Assembly: GCA_965248055.1 (NCBI GenBank)
Contig: CBDFIJ010000004.1
Location: 2,080,001-2,144,000 of the forward strand
DNA: 64,000 bases
Direction of reading: 5' to 3'
DNA from: Candidatus Multivoradales bacterium
GTDB lineage: Bacteria; Acidobacteriota; Thermoanaerobaculia; Multivoradales; JAHEKO01
Part shown: positions 29,432 through 40,256 of the stretch, in pieces
How the letters are laid out: each line of letters begins with the position of its first letter
How positions within the stretch are numbered: position 1 is the stretch's first letter
The notes under the pieces: generated by a model
Databases searched by the model: none
Seen by the model: the letters and a program-made list of their open reading frames with translations, nothing else
Told to the model about the DNA's origin: nothing
Program-made: the position numbers and the translations under genes

Positions 29432-29602
29432 ATGACTATTAGCGCCCCAAAACAAATCACTTGGATCATTTCAGTGGTGTTGGGTGTCCTTGCCTTGTTG
29501 GGTAAGTACGGCATCATCGTTGCCCTGGCCCCGTATGCGTTCACCCTGGCGATTGTCGGGTTGGTGCTGCTGGCGCTTGGCTGCTTGTTGGCCGGTCTCT
29601 AG
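29432..29602 (+). CDS. small two-TM membrane protein
   Basis: AGGAGG RBS; SAPKQITWIISVVL...LLALGCLLAGL. Confidence 0.75.
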   Translation: MTISAPKQITWIISVVLGVLALLGKYGIIVALAPYAFTLAIVGLVLLALGCLLAGL

Positions 29603-29820
29603 TTCGGAGGGGTTTTAGTTCAGCGCGTCGCTCGGCGGAACAAGGCCGGGGAGTTGGAGTGGTTCGTAAAGATACGGTGCTTCTCCACGGTGTTGTTGCG
29701 TTCTCCATAAGCGAGAGAACCGTCTGGATGGTGTCGATCGTAGGTGAGTAGGGGAATGGAACAACATGAGAACTTGTCCCGTAGGTTAGGGGTATGGGCG
29801 TCCGTCCAAATAACAGCAAC

Positions 29821-32382
29821 ATGGTAGTCAGCCGACGCATTTTTTCGTTGGTGGGTTGGCTGGCGCTGGCGTTGGCGCTGGTTTCGATCGTTGATCTCTT
29901 GCGCCCACGGCCATTTGATGGGGTTGTGTTGGACGAGAGGTTGGCTGCGATCTTGTTGGTGCGCGAGGTGTTGCCTGGATCCGGAGCTTACGAAGCCGGG
30001 ATCCGTCCCGGAGACACAATTGTCGGTATTGACCGATCGATCCTGAAATCGACCTCACATGCCGCCCAGATCCTGGGCCAAAGAGCGGTTGGGGATGTGG
30101 TGCCGTATCTGGTAGAGGATGCAGCCGGGGTGCGTGAGGTCGAGGTGGAGCTAGGACCCCGCCGTCTGATCACGGCACCCTATTTCTACGCTTGCCTGCT
30201 CGGTTTCGCGTTCTTCTTTGTCGGTTGGTTTGTTTTCCGAAAGCAACCGCGCCAACGGGCTGCGCAATTGTTTTTCCTGCTCGGCGGGCTGTTCATGCTG
30301 TTTTTGGTATTTCGCCTGCGTCCGCTGTCGTACTCGGCGTTTGACGCGGCGGTGTTGCGAGTGGGCACGCTCGCGTTGCTGTGGCTGCCGGCCTGTTTTC
30401 TCCATTTCTTTTTGGTCTTTCCGCGTCGCATTTTTCCGGCCAGTGAGATCAGAGAATCGGACATTCCAGGTTACGACAAGCGCCTGCGCCATCGATGGAT
30501 TGCTTTGCTGGTCACGATCTACCTGATTCCTTTTCTGACGATGGCGGCGGTCCTGACGTGGGCTCAAACGGAGGGTCGAGCGGTGGAGCTGGTGAGTGGT
30601 GCTCCACTGGCCAACTGGTGGGTGCTCGCGATCTACATGGTGCTCGGTTTGGGTGCACTGCTGTGGAACATTGCGCGCTTACGTAGCGCCCGGGAAAAAC
30701 GTGGTGGCTACCTAGTGCTATTTGGTTCGTTGTTTGGCTTGCTGCCGTTTTTGATTACGGCGGTTGCGTTCCCGGCGATCTTGCACACCGACAAGTTTCT
30801 CTACTTGGGCGTGTTTCCGTTAACCCTGGTGCCGCTGACGTTTGCCTACGCGATTGTGGTTTTTCGCATGCTGGACGTGCAGGTGATTCTGAGAAAAAGC
30901 GTTCTCTACACCGTGACCACGGTGGCGATTACCGCAATTTATGCGCTGGTGATCGCCGGGTTTGGCGTGTTGTCGACGGCGACCGATTTGGCGGGATCGG
31001 TTTGGTTCCCCGTCTTATTGGCACTGGCCATCGTGCTTCTGTTTGAGCCGTTGCGTCGCCGGGTGCAGGGATTTGTCAATCGATTCATCTATGCCGAACG
31101 CAGTCATCTGGAGCGGGCACTGCAGGAGATCGAAGTTGCTTTTTCGCAGCAGGACGACCTTCGGGAAGTGGTACGGGGATTGGTTGAAACTCTTCCCGAG
31201 CGGCTGGAGCTGAAATTCGCTGGTCTTTATCTGGCGGAGGCAGACCTAACTTCACCGGAGGTCATGGTTCTGAATCGGGTGGCTGGACCAGACTTCTTGC
31301 CTGAGGTATTGCCGTCCATCCCTGGGATCGAACACAGCTTGGCTGCCAAGCGTGGAGTTGTGGCCCTTGGGGAACTCGAGAGTTTGGTGAATCGGCACCG
31401 CGACTTGTCTACTTGGGTTGAGGGACTCACCTCAAGCGGGGTCAAGGTGGTGTGCGTCCTTTCTTCGCCTCGCCGCACCGCTGGGTTGATGGTGTTGTCC
31501 GACAAGACATCACAGATGGTGTTTGAGGAAGATGAGCTGGGGTTATTGCGGCGCTTGAGTTCCCAGGCGGCGTTGGCCCTGGAGACCAATACTCTTCTGC
31601 TTGAGCGTACGGCACAGGCGGAGATAGAGAAAGAGTTGGCGATCGCCGCTTCGGTCCAGGAAGATCTGTTGCCGGAGACCATCAATTTCGGTCCGGGATG
31701 GGAAGTCGAAGCACATTGCACTCCAGCGAAGAAAATTGGCGGCGACTTTTTCACCGAACTGCCCGGTCCCACGGAAGGATCAAGTGCGTTGGTCTATGGA
31801 GATGTCGCTGGCAAGTCGATCTCGGGCGCCTTGATGATGATGGCTGCGCACGAAGCCCTGCATTCATTGGCGCTCACCGAGCGTTCGCCGCAGAGGCTGT
31901 TCTGGTTGGCCAATCAGCGGCTGTATGTGTTGGGAAAGCGGCGAAGTTTTGTTGCGCTGGCGTATCTGACCTCTCCGGATGGTACCAACTTGGACTATGT
32001 CCTCGCAGGGCAGCCCGAGCCCTTGATTCGAGGTGCTGGTGGTGAGGTTTCTGAGCTCACTCCACCGGCTCACCGAATCCCCTTGGGAGGTCTGCTCAAT
32101 GGTGACGAGTATCAAGTGCAACGGGCCACAATTGAGGTAGGCGATCTATTGCTGTGTTATTCGGATGGTGTGACGGAAGCGATGAATCCTGAGGGAGAGC
32201 TGTTCGGCTTGGAGCGCCTCAAGAGTGTGGTGGAGTCGACCGATGGAAGCCCACGCGAGCTGGTGGCAAAACTTGTCGAGGAAATAGCCGTATTTGTAAG
32301 GGACGCTGAGCAGTACGATGACATTACGGTCATTGCTCTGCGGCGTCCGCGAGAGATGGTGGCCAAAGGATCGGCACTCTAG
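29821..32382 (+). CDS. membrane PDZ + GAF-like + SpoIIE/PP2C phosphatase
   Basis: AGIRPGD PDZ, multiple TMs, GGDFF, GDVAGK, YSDGVTEA, DDIT. Confidence 0.9.
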   Translation: MVVSRRIFSLVGWLALALALVSIVDLLRPRPFDGVVLDERLAAILLVREVLPGSGAYEAGIRPGDTIVGIDRSILKSTSHAAQILGQRAVGDVVPYLVEDAAGVREVEVELGPRRLITAPYFYACLLGFAFFFVGWFVFRKQPRQRAAQLFFLLGGLFMLFLVFRLRPLSYSAFDAAVLRVGTLALLWLPACFLHFFLVFPRRIFPASEIRESDIPGYDKRLRHRWIALLVTIYLIPFLTMAAVLTWAQTEGRAVELVSGAPLANWWVLAIYMVLGLGALLWNIARLRSAREKRGGYLVLFGSLFGLLPFLITAVAFPAILHTDKFLYLGVFPLTLVPLTFAYAIVVFRMLDVQVILRKSVLYTVTTVAITAIYALVIAGFGVLSTATDLAGSVWFPVLLALAIVLLFEPLRRRVQGFVNRFIYAERSHLERALQEIEVAFSQQDDLREVVRGLVETLPERLELKFAGLYLAEADLTSPEVMVLNRVAGPDFLPEVLPSIPGIEHSLAAKRGVVALGELESLVNRHRDLSTWVEGLTSSGVKVVCVLSSPRRTAGLMVLSDKTSQMVFEEDELGLLRRLSSQAALALETNTLLLERTAQAEIEKELAIAASVQEDLLPETINFGPGWEVEAHCTPAKKIGGDFFTELPGPTEGSSALVYGDVAGKSISGALMMMAAHEALHSLALTERSPQRLFWLANQRLYVLGKRRSFVALAYLTSPDGTNLDYVLAGQPEPLIRGAGGEVSELTPPAHRIPLGGLLNGDEYQVQRATIEVGDLLLCYSDGVTEAMNPEGELFGLERLKSVVESTDGSPRELVAKLVEEIAVFVRDAEQYDDITVIALRRPREMVAKGSAL

Positions 32383-32392
32383 AGGTTGTGTA

Positions 32393-33739
32393 ATGAAGAA
32401 ACCAATTTTGATGTTATTGGTTGGCGTGGCTGCTGCCGCGGTGATGTTTTCCTATTTTCGCGAAGACCAGGGCACCCAATGGACCACCGAGTCCCCGGAG
32501 GCCCTGGAAGAATTTCTCCTGGGCCAGGAAGCTCGTATGCGGCTCTACGGCGACCAAGCCAAAGCTCACTTTGTTCGGGCCGCTGAACTGGACGAGAACT
32601 TTGCCGTTGCCAAGCTGATGGCACTTCAGTTTGCTCCGCGCAGTGAACATGAAGCGTTGCTTGAAGAGATGCGGCCGTTTGACGTGAGTCAGCTTCGAGA
32701 TCACGAGAAGTTTCTGATTGAGTACGCTACGTCCCGGCTGGAGGGAGAGCAAGCGCAGGCGACCGAAATCCTTGATGAGTATTTAGTGGCCCATCCCACC
32801 AGCCCCTGGGGACTAGAAGCGAAGGCGGGACTCGCTTGGGGCCGGGTAGAACTCGACGAAGCCGAAAAACTGTACAAAGAACTGTTGGAGGCGGACCCCA
32901 ACTGGGTCACAGCACAGAACAATCTTGGCTACATCGCAATGGGCAGGGGAGATTTTGACGAGGCCGAAGATCACTTCATGACCTATCAATACATCGCTCC
33001 CGATCAAGCTAATCCCCACGACTCGAGGGGAGAACTACTGACTCTGGTGGGTCGCTACGAAGAGGCCTGGGATGAATTTAAGGCAGCACTCGACATTCAT
33101 CCCGGGTTTTGCGCTTCCTACAGCCACCAGATAATGGTGGGCATTCTTGCCAACTACGAAGACCGTTTTCCAGCGGTGCAAGAAGCTACTCGAGCCAACT
33201 GCGAAGAGGCGATCAGCAGAAGGATGGACTGCGCGATTGAACTCTGGAGTGACTATCGATCCGGTCGTTACGACAATTGGTTTGTCGATCGAGACGACGA
33301 TTGCGTCAAAGAAGTAGGCTCGGATCTAATTCTTCATCGGATGGCTCTGCTCTCCGGTCATTTGGAAACCGCGCAGCAGATGGAATCTGAGTTCGAGAAG
33401 GAAGTTGCTGAGCTGGATGAGTTGGGGTTGCTCACCGAGCAACATCCGACCCACGGGATCAAGCTCCACTATCAAGGGTCGCGAATCTTAACTGCGGGCA
33501 ATGCAGCCCAGGCAGCCGAGAAATTTCGCGCTGCGGGAGAGTACTTTCCCTATCTAGGCCACGAGCTGGGAATCTTGAAGCTGATCAACAGCCTCGATCT
33601 GGCCCTGGCTTTAGAGCTGGCTGGAGACGACAGCGCTTCGCAACAGGAATTGCAAAAAGTGCGCGAGGTGAACAACCAGCTTGACGGGATCTACGAATCC
33701 CGCAAGCAAGAGTTGGCCAGAGCACGGGCGGCAACCTAG
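32393..33739 (+). CDS. tetratricopeptide repeat protein
   Basis: AQNNLGY, NPHDSRGELL TPR patterns; N-terminal anchor. Confidence 0.85.
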   Translation: MKKPILMLLVGVAAAAVMFSYFREDQGTQWTTESPEALEEFLLGQEARMRLYGDQAKAHFVRAAELDENFAVAKLMALQFAPRSEHEALLEEMRPFDVSQLRDHEKFLIEYATSRLEGEQAQATEILDEYLVAHPTSPWGLEAKAGLAWGRVELDEAEKLYKELLEADPNWVTAQNNLGYIAMGRGDFDEAEDHFMTYQYIAPDQANPHDSRGELLTLVGRYEEAWDEFKAALDIHPGFCASYSHQIMVGILANYEDRFPAVQEATRANCEEAISRRMDCAIELWSDYRSGRYDNWFVDRDDDCVKEVGSDLILHRMALLSGHLETAQQMESEFEKEVAELDELGLLTEQHPTHGIKLHYQGSRILTAGNAAQAAEKFRAAGEYFPYLGHELGILKLINSLDLALALELAGDDSASQQELQKVREVNNQLDGIYESRKQELARARAAT

Positions 33740-33778
33740 CCGGTTAGAGAACCTCCTCGCTCGCGGTGCGATCAGGGC

Positions 33779-34576
33779 CTAGGAATCAAAGTGGACGGTC
33801 AGTGTGTACAGAGACTCAATAGGTCTTCCGTTTGAGGTTGCAGGTCGAAACGTCCATTTGCGCATTGCGTCAAGAGCAGCGTAGACCACGGTTAGCTCTC
33901 CTTCAGCTCTAATTACCACTGGCTCCCGTACAGCGCCGTCGAGGCCAACGATGGCCTCGATTTCAACCAGAGCTTGGGTACCGAGTCTAGCTCTGGGAAA
34001 TACAGGTGAAGGAGCCTTCAGTTTCTTTGGCGGCAAAATAAGGTTCACATCATTAGGCTCGGAAGGAAAATCGAATGGCTCAAGAGTAAGGCCAAGGTTG
34101 ACGAGGTCCTCTTCCGAAAGCATCTCGTCCAAGTATCCTTCGCGTTCACTGGATTTTCGAACAGGGTGATGCTTGAGAAAGGCCCCTGCCTCTCCATAGG
34201 CCGCAAGCGTGGATTTCTCCAGTTCTGGAAAGAGTTGTAGCGCCACTTGCCATTGCCACACTGCCTCTGCTTCTTCCCCAAGACCATAAGCGGCCAATGC
34301 TTTGCGGCTAAGTGCTGACCCCAGAAAGTGGCCGGTTGCCGGCCCATTAATCAATCGATCTCGCATTTCGTCAAGAAGCTTTGAAGATCGCTTGTAGGCA
34401 GCTTTCGGGTGCTTCTGAAGAAGCTCGTCGATTTTCTTGATTTCTACTTCCCAAATCTCAAAGACCTGATCAGCCTGTTTCGGCGGCAGTGAAGTGGCTT
34501 GCCCGAGTAGCGCAATAGGTCCAGAGATCAGCAGAGCTGCGAACACGGGAAAGTTGAAAATCGAATGTCGAATCAC
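33779..34576 (-). CDS. TonB C-terminal domain protein
   Basis: P.FP..V.IEAIVGLDG.V..ALDAMRKWTFRPA..NG.P. Confidence 0.8.
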   Translation of the reverse strand: MIRHSIFNFPVFAALLISGPIALLGQATSLPPKQADQVFEIWEVEIKKIDELLQKHPKAAYKRSSKLLDEMRDRLINGPATGHFLGSALSRKALAAYGLGEEAEAVWQWQVALQLFPELEKSTLAAYGEAGAFLKHHPVRKSSEREGYLDEMLSEEDLVNLGLTLEPFDFPSEPNDVNLILPPKKLKAPSPVFPRARLGTQALVEIEAIVGLDGAVREPVVIRAEGELTVVYAALDAMRKWTFRPATSNGRPIESLYTLTVHFDS

Positions 34577-34643
34577 CGCAATCTCTCAGTAAAGGCGATC
34601 ATAGTGCAAGTCCTTAATCGACTCTGTTTTCTTAGGGTGAACG

Positions 34644-35087
34644 TTAGCTAGGTAGTCTTGAGGCGAGGGCGTAGTAGCTCGCAGCACCCGCTAGAGCGGC
34701 GGCCAAGACCGCCACCGCGACCCCTTCGCCAGCTCCGATCAGCGCATAAATCGGTCCTGGGCAGGCCCCGGCCAGCCCCCAGCCGAGTCCAAAGACGATT
34801 CCACCCATCCAGTATTTTTTCCCGGACCCGGTGAACTCTTTTCCTTCTAGTTCGGGTGTGTTGCCGTCAAGGTCGCGCATACCGAGTTTCTTGAGTAGCC
34901 GCACTGAGATTCCAGCGGTGAGCACGGCGGTGATCAAGATGCCGTACATGTGGAAGTCAGCGAAGCGAAACATTTCCTGGATTCGATACCAGGAGTTCAT
35001 TTCTGCCACCGTCAAAATGACGCCGAAATAGGTCCCAGCGGCCAGGTAGAGCAGGAATGCGCGGATCGGATGGCGGGTGGAAGTCAT
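34644..35087 (-). CDS. YeeE/YedE family sulfur transporter subunit
   Basis: FGLGWGLAGACPGP motif. Confidence 0.9.
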   Translation of the reverse strand: MTSTRHPIRAFLLYLAAGTYFGVILTVAEMNSWYRIQEMFRFADFHMYGILITAVLTAGISVRLLKKLGMRDLDGNTPELEGKEFTGSGKKYWMGGIVFGLGWGLAGACPGPIYALIGAGEGVAVAVLAAALAGAASYYALASRLPS

Positions 35088-35644
35088 AGTGCCATCACCC
35101 CGGGCAGTAGAACCCAATGAGCGAAAATGCCACCGATTAAGAAACAGAGGACGGCGACGATCGAAGCTTTATCCAGGTTCGAGGTTCCGGTGATGCCGTG
35201 TCCTGAGGTGCAGCCACCTGCCCAACGCGCTCCGAATCCCACTAAGAATCCTCCCAGAACGATAGTGATGACTCCGGGGGCCGTGGCCAGGCTGCTCCAT
35301 GAGAAGAGTTCTGCTGGCAGGAGTCCCTGCGAGGGCGCCAACCCCCATTGGGCAAAAATGTCCGCCGCCTGGGCAGCGACATCCACCGGGCCGCCTGCGC
35401 CCAAGAACCGCACCGCGCCCCAGCCACCCAGGATCAACCCGGCAGCAAAGACTAGGTTCCACAATCCGTCCCCCTTCCAGTCGTAGGCGAGATAGGGATT
35501 CTTACCCCGGTAGACCGTAGCGCAGGTGTGGCGCAGGCTGGAGGAGATGCCGAAGGATTTGTTACCAATCCAAAGCAACAACGGAACGGTAAGGCCGACT
35601 AAAGGGCCAGCGATATACCACGGGAGGACGGTGTGGGTTTCCAT
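35084..35644 (-). CDS. YeeE/YedE family sulfur transporter subunit
   Basis: [19 protein letters not shown] motif. Confidence 0.9.
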   Translation of the reverse strand: METHTVLPWYIAGPLVGLTVPLLLWIGNKSFGISSSLRHTCATVYRGKNPYLAYDWKGDGLWNLVFAAGLILGGWGAVRFLGAGGPVDVAAQAADIFAQWGLAPSQGLLPAELFSWSSLATAPGVITIVLGGFLVGFGARWAGGCTSGHGITGTSNLDKASIVAVLCFLIGGIFAHWVLLPGVMAL

Positions 35645-35777
35645 TGCGAGCGAGACTATCTGCAGTTAGGCGTTTTTTCTATCTATGTCCTCTGTGTCGG
35701 CACACCGACAGACATAGCCCAAGTGGTGGGCATGAACCGTGGCCGTGCCCGTGAGTTATCGAGTTAGATCTGCAGAG

Positions 35778-36332
35778 CTACTGAATTTCGCTGGGTTCGA
35801 CCGAGTCCACTCCGCCAGACCCGGTGGGAAAGCTGGTGGCACCGGAGCCCACAGCTTGGCCAGGGGGCGCGCCCAATCCACTGACTGGCAGGCCGCCACG
35901 ACCGGCATCGCCCGGCTCAGCGAATTGGTCGACGCTGTAATCGGGTCGATTGTTGTCTTGATCGACGATGTAGTTGAGCAGACGAGTCGCTGGATCGGTC
36001 GCCACCTCGTCTCCCTCGGAAGCGTCGTAGTTGGCGACATAGCCAAGACGGATGCTTCCGTCGGCCATCAACTCTGCGCCACGACCGCCAGGAACCTTGG
36101 TGTCGAGGGATACCACTTGGTCTCGGTCCAATTCTACCCAGTTGCCAGAGACCGTTAGCATTTTGACCTTGGTCTCGTCGCTGGCGGAAATCACCGGGCG
36201 GTAATAGGAAATCAATTCGGTGCCGTTGGCGAGAGTCGTGGTAAAGGTCTGCGCGGCAACCGACGGGGTCAGCACGCTTGATACCACTACGGTTGCAAAC
36301 AAGAAAAACACAGACAAAATTGAACGACGCAT
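35778..36332 (-). CDS. secreted hypothetical protein
   Basis: AGGAG RBS, signal peptide. Confidence 0.75.
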   Translation of the reverse strand: MRRSILSVFFLFATVVVSSVLTPSVAAQTFTTTLANGTELISYYRPVISASDETKVKMLTVSGNWVELDRDQVVSLDTKVPGGRGAELMADGSIRLGYVANYDASEGDEVATDPATRLLNYIVDQDNNRPDYSVDQFAEPGDAGRGGLPVSGLGAPPGQAVGSGATSFPTGSGGVDSVEPSEIQ

Positions 36333-36545
36333 AGGCGATCTCCTAATAGCTGTGTATTTTGTATCGGGTTAACCGGTAGCTGTCAACCGAAAGACCCACA
36401 TGTCATGTCGCGTTGGCACATCAAGAGGTTGGAAGTTTCTCGGGTCGCAGGCATCGTCGGTAACGTTGCGAGAACGGCCACATCGCGCAGGTTAGACTCA
36501 GAGCGCGCTTCGGAGGACCCAATCAAGGCGAAGGAGGATTTGCAG

Positions 36546-38129
36546 GTGAAGATCAAACAGGGTGTGTGTTGTTTCTTACTGTTGGGATGGTCCTTGGTTG
36601 CGGCTCCCAACTTCGCCATCGAGGTTGCCGATCTAGGACAACTCGACTTTCCCAACTCCGGTTCTGCGGAGGCACAGCAAGCCTTTGTCACCGGAGTCTT
36701 GTTGCTCCACAGTTTTGAGTTCGAAGATTCCGCTGAGGCTTTTCGACAAGCTCAGGAGATCGACCCCGATTTTGCATTGGCTTACTGGGGTGAGGCGATG
36801 TCCCACAACCATCCGTTGTGGCGCCAACAGGACAGGGATGCAGCTTTGGAGGTCTTGGGCAGCTTTGCCCCTAGCGCGGATGAGCGATTCGCCAAAGCCC
36901 AGACTCAACGGGAACGAGACTACTTGGCGACCCTGGAAGTGCTCTATGGAGAAGGCTCCAAACAGCAACGGGATAGGGCCTATTCCGCGGCGATGGGACA
37001 ACTATCCCAGACCTATCCCGACGACTTGGAGGCGAAAGCGTTCTACGCACTGTCTATCCTGGGAACCACTGGTGGCGAGCGCGATTTCGCCACGTTCATG
37101 CATGCTGCTTCGGTTGCCGAGGAGGTTTTCGCCGCCAACTCGCGTCACCCAGGAGCAGCCCACTACCTGATTCATTCCTATGACGACCCAGTCCACGCTC
37201 CTCTGGGCCTGAGGGCGGCTAGGGTTTACGCTGGTATTGCTCCTGCGGCGTCGCATGCGCAGCACATGATTTCCCATATCTATGTTGCGCTCGGTCGATG
37301 GGCCGATTCCATTGCTGCCAATGAACAGTCTTTTGCGGTTTCTGTTGATCGAGCCCGAGCCAAGAATCTGGGGGTCGATGCGCGAAATTTCCACGCCTTA
37401 CACTGGCTGCAGTACTCACACTTGCAGTTAGGCCAGTTCGAGCAAGCGTGGGCACTGACCAGCGAAATGGATGAGTACGCGATCGAATCCGGCAAAGAAC
37501 GCGCACTTTGGTATCAAGCGGCGTTTCGCGCTGGCTGGGTAGTGGCAACCGGTGCTGAGTATCTAGAGCCGCTGGATGCGCCTGCCGAGTTGGAATTCGG
37601 GGCCGCGGTGCAGGATCAATTTGGCCGTGGCTACGCAGCTCTGAACCGAGGAGACTGGGAGGCCGCGACCGCTGCTTCCGAAGAGATTGCCCGGCTGCGA
37701 AAAGAAGCGAAGCCAGACGACGTCGTTGAGAGTGCCCTCAACGAGGCGCAGGTGTTGGAGTTGGAGTTAGCGTCGATGGTCGCCCTGGGCCAAGAGGACG
37801 AAGCCCGAGCACTGGAGCTCTTGGGTCAAGCGACGGCAATCGAGAATCAGTTGCCGCTGGAGTACGGTCCACCGGACATCGTCAAACCGTCGTTTGAACT
37901 CCTGGGCGATGTATTGCTCAAGCTCGGTCGAGCTTCGGAAGCCCAAGCCGCTTACAACAATGCCCTGAAGCGGGCACCGCGAAGACGCCAGTCTTTGCTG
38001 GGGTTGTCGCAAGCGGCGTTGGATCTTGGCGATCAAGCGGGAGTCAGCGCAGCGTGTCGAGAGCTCAGTGCGATCTATGGACACGCCGACCCAGATCTCG
38101 AGCGACCCCAAGCCTGTGAAAACGGATAG
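36546..38129 (+). CDS. secreted TPR-like protein
   Basis: AAGGAGG RBS; LLHSF, HPGAAHYLIHSYD, HAQHMISHIY motifs. Confidence 0.85.
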   Translation: MKIKQGVCCFLLLGWSLVAAPNFAIEVADLGQLDFPNSGSAEAQQAFVTGVLLLHSFEFEDSAEAFRQAQEIDPDFALAYWGEAMSHNHPLWRQQDRDAALEVLGSFAPSADERFAKAQTQRERDYLATLEVLYGEGSKQQRDRAYSAAMGQLSQTYPDDLEAKAFYALSILGTTGGERDFATFMHAASVAEEVFAANSRHPGAAHYLIHSYDDPVHAPLGLRAARVYAGIAPAASHAQHMISHIYVALGRWADSIAANEQSFAVSVDRARAKNLGVDARNFHALHWLQYSHLQLGQFEQAWALTSEMDEYAIESGKERALWYQAAFRAGWVVATGAEYLEPLDAPAELEFGAAVQDQFGRGYAALNRGDWEAATAASEEIARLRKEAKPDDVVESALNEAQVLELELASMVALGQEDEARALELLGQATAIENQLPLEYGPPDIVKPSFELLGDVLLKLGRASEAQAAYNNALKRAPRRRQSLLGLSQAALDLGDQAGVSAACRELSAIYGHADPDLERPQACENG

Positions 38130-38177
38130 CGCATAGAATCGCCGAAGGCGAGTTGTTCGCCTAGGTTCTTTTTCATC

Positions 38178-38364
38178 CGTTGCGGTTGCCCCCAAGTCCA
38201 CTCGGACGGGCAACAAGAGGGAAGCCGGTGTAATACCGGCGCGGCCCCCGCCACTGTAATCGGTGACGACGGCAGCATCTGCCACTGCATCAAGAGATCG
38301 TGATCTCTGGTGTGGGAAGGCGCTGCCCGAGGGAGACCCGAGAGCCAGGAGACCTGCCGCGACG
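38178..38364 (+). ncRNA. cobalamin riboswitch
   Basis: AGGGAAGCCGGTG..CCGGCGCGGCCCCCGCCACTGTAA, GCCACTG..TGGGAAGGC, AGCCAGGAGACCTGCC B12 box upstream of a TonB receptor. Confidence 0.95.
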
Positions 38365-38404
38365 ACTCAACGAAACAGCGACTCATTGACCCAAAGGAGG
38401 TCCT

Positions 38405-40240
38405 ATGTTGCATTCGTATCGAGTTTGGAGCACTGCCGGGGTGGCGTTGCTTTGGACTACCGCCCAGGTTACGGCGGCGCCTGTTGACCCAGTGCGCCTC
38501 GATCCAGTGCGCTACGACGAAGAGATCGTCGTTACCGCAACCACTCAAGCCACCCCCAGAAAAGAAATCCCCGCACGATCAGAAGTGATCGTTGCCGACG
38601 AGATTGCGGCCCGCCAAGCGGTCGATGTCTCGACCATCCTGGCTTCGATCCCGGGAGTGATCGTGGCGCAGTCCGGTTCGCCAGGCAAGGCGACCTCGGT
38701 GTTTTTGCGCGGCGCAGAATCCGACCAGGTGTTGGTGATGTGGAACGGGGTGCGCCTCAACGATCCGTTCTTCGGCGGCTTTGATTGGGCGCACTTGACC
38801 ACTGACGGATTGGCTCGAGCCGAAGTGGTCTACGGACCCTCGGGAGTGCTCTATGGCAGTGACGGAATCGGCGGTGTGGTCAACCTAGTTACGCAAAGGG
38901 ATCGCGCGACTTCAGCGGTCTTAGAAGTGGGTACCGACGGCTACGGTCGTGCCAGTGCCAGCAGTGCTTGGGAGCAAGGCGACTCTTCGATCGAGGGAAC
39001 GCTCTTCTGGCGTACCGACGATGGTGCTGGAAATGGCGGCAGTCAAACCAACGACGACTACCGTGTTGCTGGTGGCAACCTGAGCGCCAGTTGGAGCTTG
39101 AATCCAGGGTCAGAATTAGCGGCGATGGTGCGTATCACGGATCATGATCTAGGGATTCCCACCACATCAGGTTTCCCCAGCCCCAATCGCCGACAAACTG
39201 GAACCGCTTGGCAGGTTGCAGTTCCCTGGGACTGGACTCAATCGTCCTGGAATGGACAGGTGATGGTGACGGCGCATCGTTCGGAACTCGAGTTTCGAGA
39301 TCCAGACGCGTTCTTCTCTTCTTCTAACACTGAGGTCGAGAGGCTGCAACTGCGCAGTACTGTGCGCCGTAGCGGACCGTCTGGTCACCTTGCATTGGGC
39401 GTCGAATCGTTTGATGACATCGCCGACAATCGTTCCAACTTTGGCGTTGCTTTAGACAGCGTGGAGCGTGGCCAGTGGGCAGCCTTCGCCGAAGGGGCCT
39501 ACCTGCTGGGGGATCGGACCCGGATAGAACTCGGAGCGCGCTACGACGACGATGAGTTCTTTGGCGCACATTCAACCGTGCGGGGCGGCCTGCAGGTGCA
39601 ATGGAATCCGCAGTGGGCGAGTCATGCACGTTTCGCCGAGGGGTTTCGCGCCCCATCCCTGGGTGAGTTGTTTTTCCCCTTCTTCGGCAACCTCGACCTG
39701 GAGCCGGAATCAGGGGAGACCGTGGAGTTTGGAGTGCGCCGGGCGGGAGATCATTGGACCTTGGAGGTTGCCCGCTTTGATTCCGACTTTGAGAAGCTGA
39801 TCGACTCCGATCCGATTACCTTCTTGGCAGTGAATCGTAGCGATGCTCGCAGCGAAGGCTGGGAGGGCTCATGGGTCTTGCGTGCTGAGACCTATGGCGC
39901 GCGCGTTTCGTGGACCGATCTCGAGACCCAAGACGCCAATGGCAATCCGCTGCTCCGGCGGCCAGAAACTTCCAGCTCTGCTGGCATCACCCGATACGGT
40001 GAGCGCTGGACCTGGGATGGTTCGCTGCGCCATGTGGGTTCTCGACCGGACCTCGATCCAGCAACTTTCACTACGGTCACCAACGCCGCCTACACCACCG
40101 CCAACTTGGCGGCGGCCCGGGACTTTGGTTGGGGTTCGATTCGGGCCCGTGTGGAGAATGCGTTCGATCGCCAGTATCAACAGGTGTTGGGATTCGATTC
40201 TCTCGGGCGACGATGGGTGTTGGGTCTTGCCTGGAAGTAG
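38405..40240 (+). CDS. btuB: TonB-dependent vitamin B12 receptor
   Basis: EIVVTAT TonB box, FLRGAESDQVLV, downstream of riboswitch. Confidence 0.88.
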   Translation: MLHSYRVWSTAGVALLWTTAQVTAAPVDPVRLDPVRYDEEIVVTATTQATPRKEIPARSEVIVADEIAARQAVDVSTILASIPGVIVAQSGSPGKATSVFLRGAESDQVLVMWNGVRLNDPFFGGFDWAHLTTDGLARAEVVYGPSGVLYGSDGIGGVVNLVTQRDRATSAVLEVGTDGYGRASASSAWEQGDSSIEGTLFWRTDDGAGNGGSQTNDDYRVAGGNLSASWSLNPGSELAAMVRITDHDLGIPTTSGFPSPNRRQTGTAWQVAVPWDWTQSSWNGQVMVTAHRSELEFRDPDAFFSSSNTEVERLQLRSTVRRSGPSGHLALGVESFDDIADNRSNFGVALDSVERGQWAAFAEGAYLLGDRTRIELGARYDDDEFFGAHSTVRGGLQVQWNPQWASHARFAEGFRAPSLGELFFPFFGNLDLEPESGETVEFGVRRAGDHWTLEVARFDSDFEKLIDSDPITFLAVNRSDARSEGWEGSWVLRAETYGARVSWTDLETQDANGNPLLRRPETSSSAGITRYGERWTWDGSLRHVGSRPDLDPATFTTVTNAAYTTANLAAARDFGWGSIRARVENAFDRQYQQVLGFDSLGRRWVLGLAWK

Positions 40241-40256
40241 AGGGACAAGCTTGCTG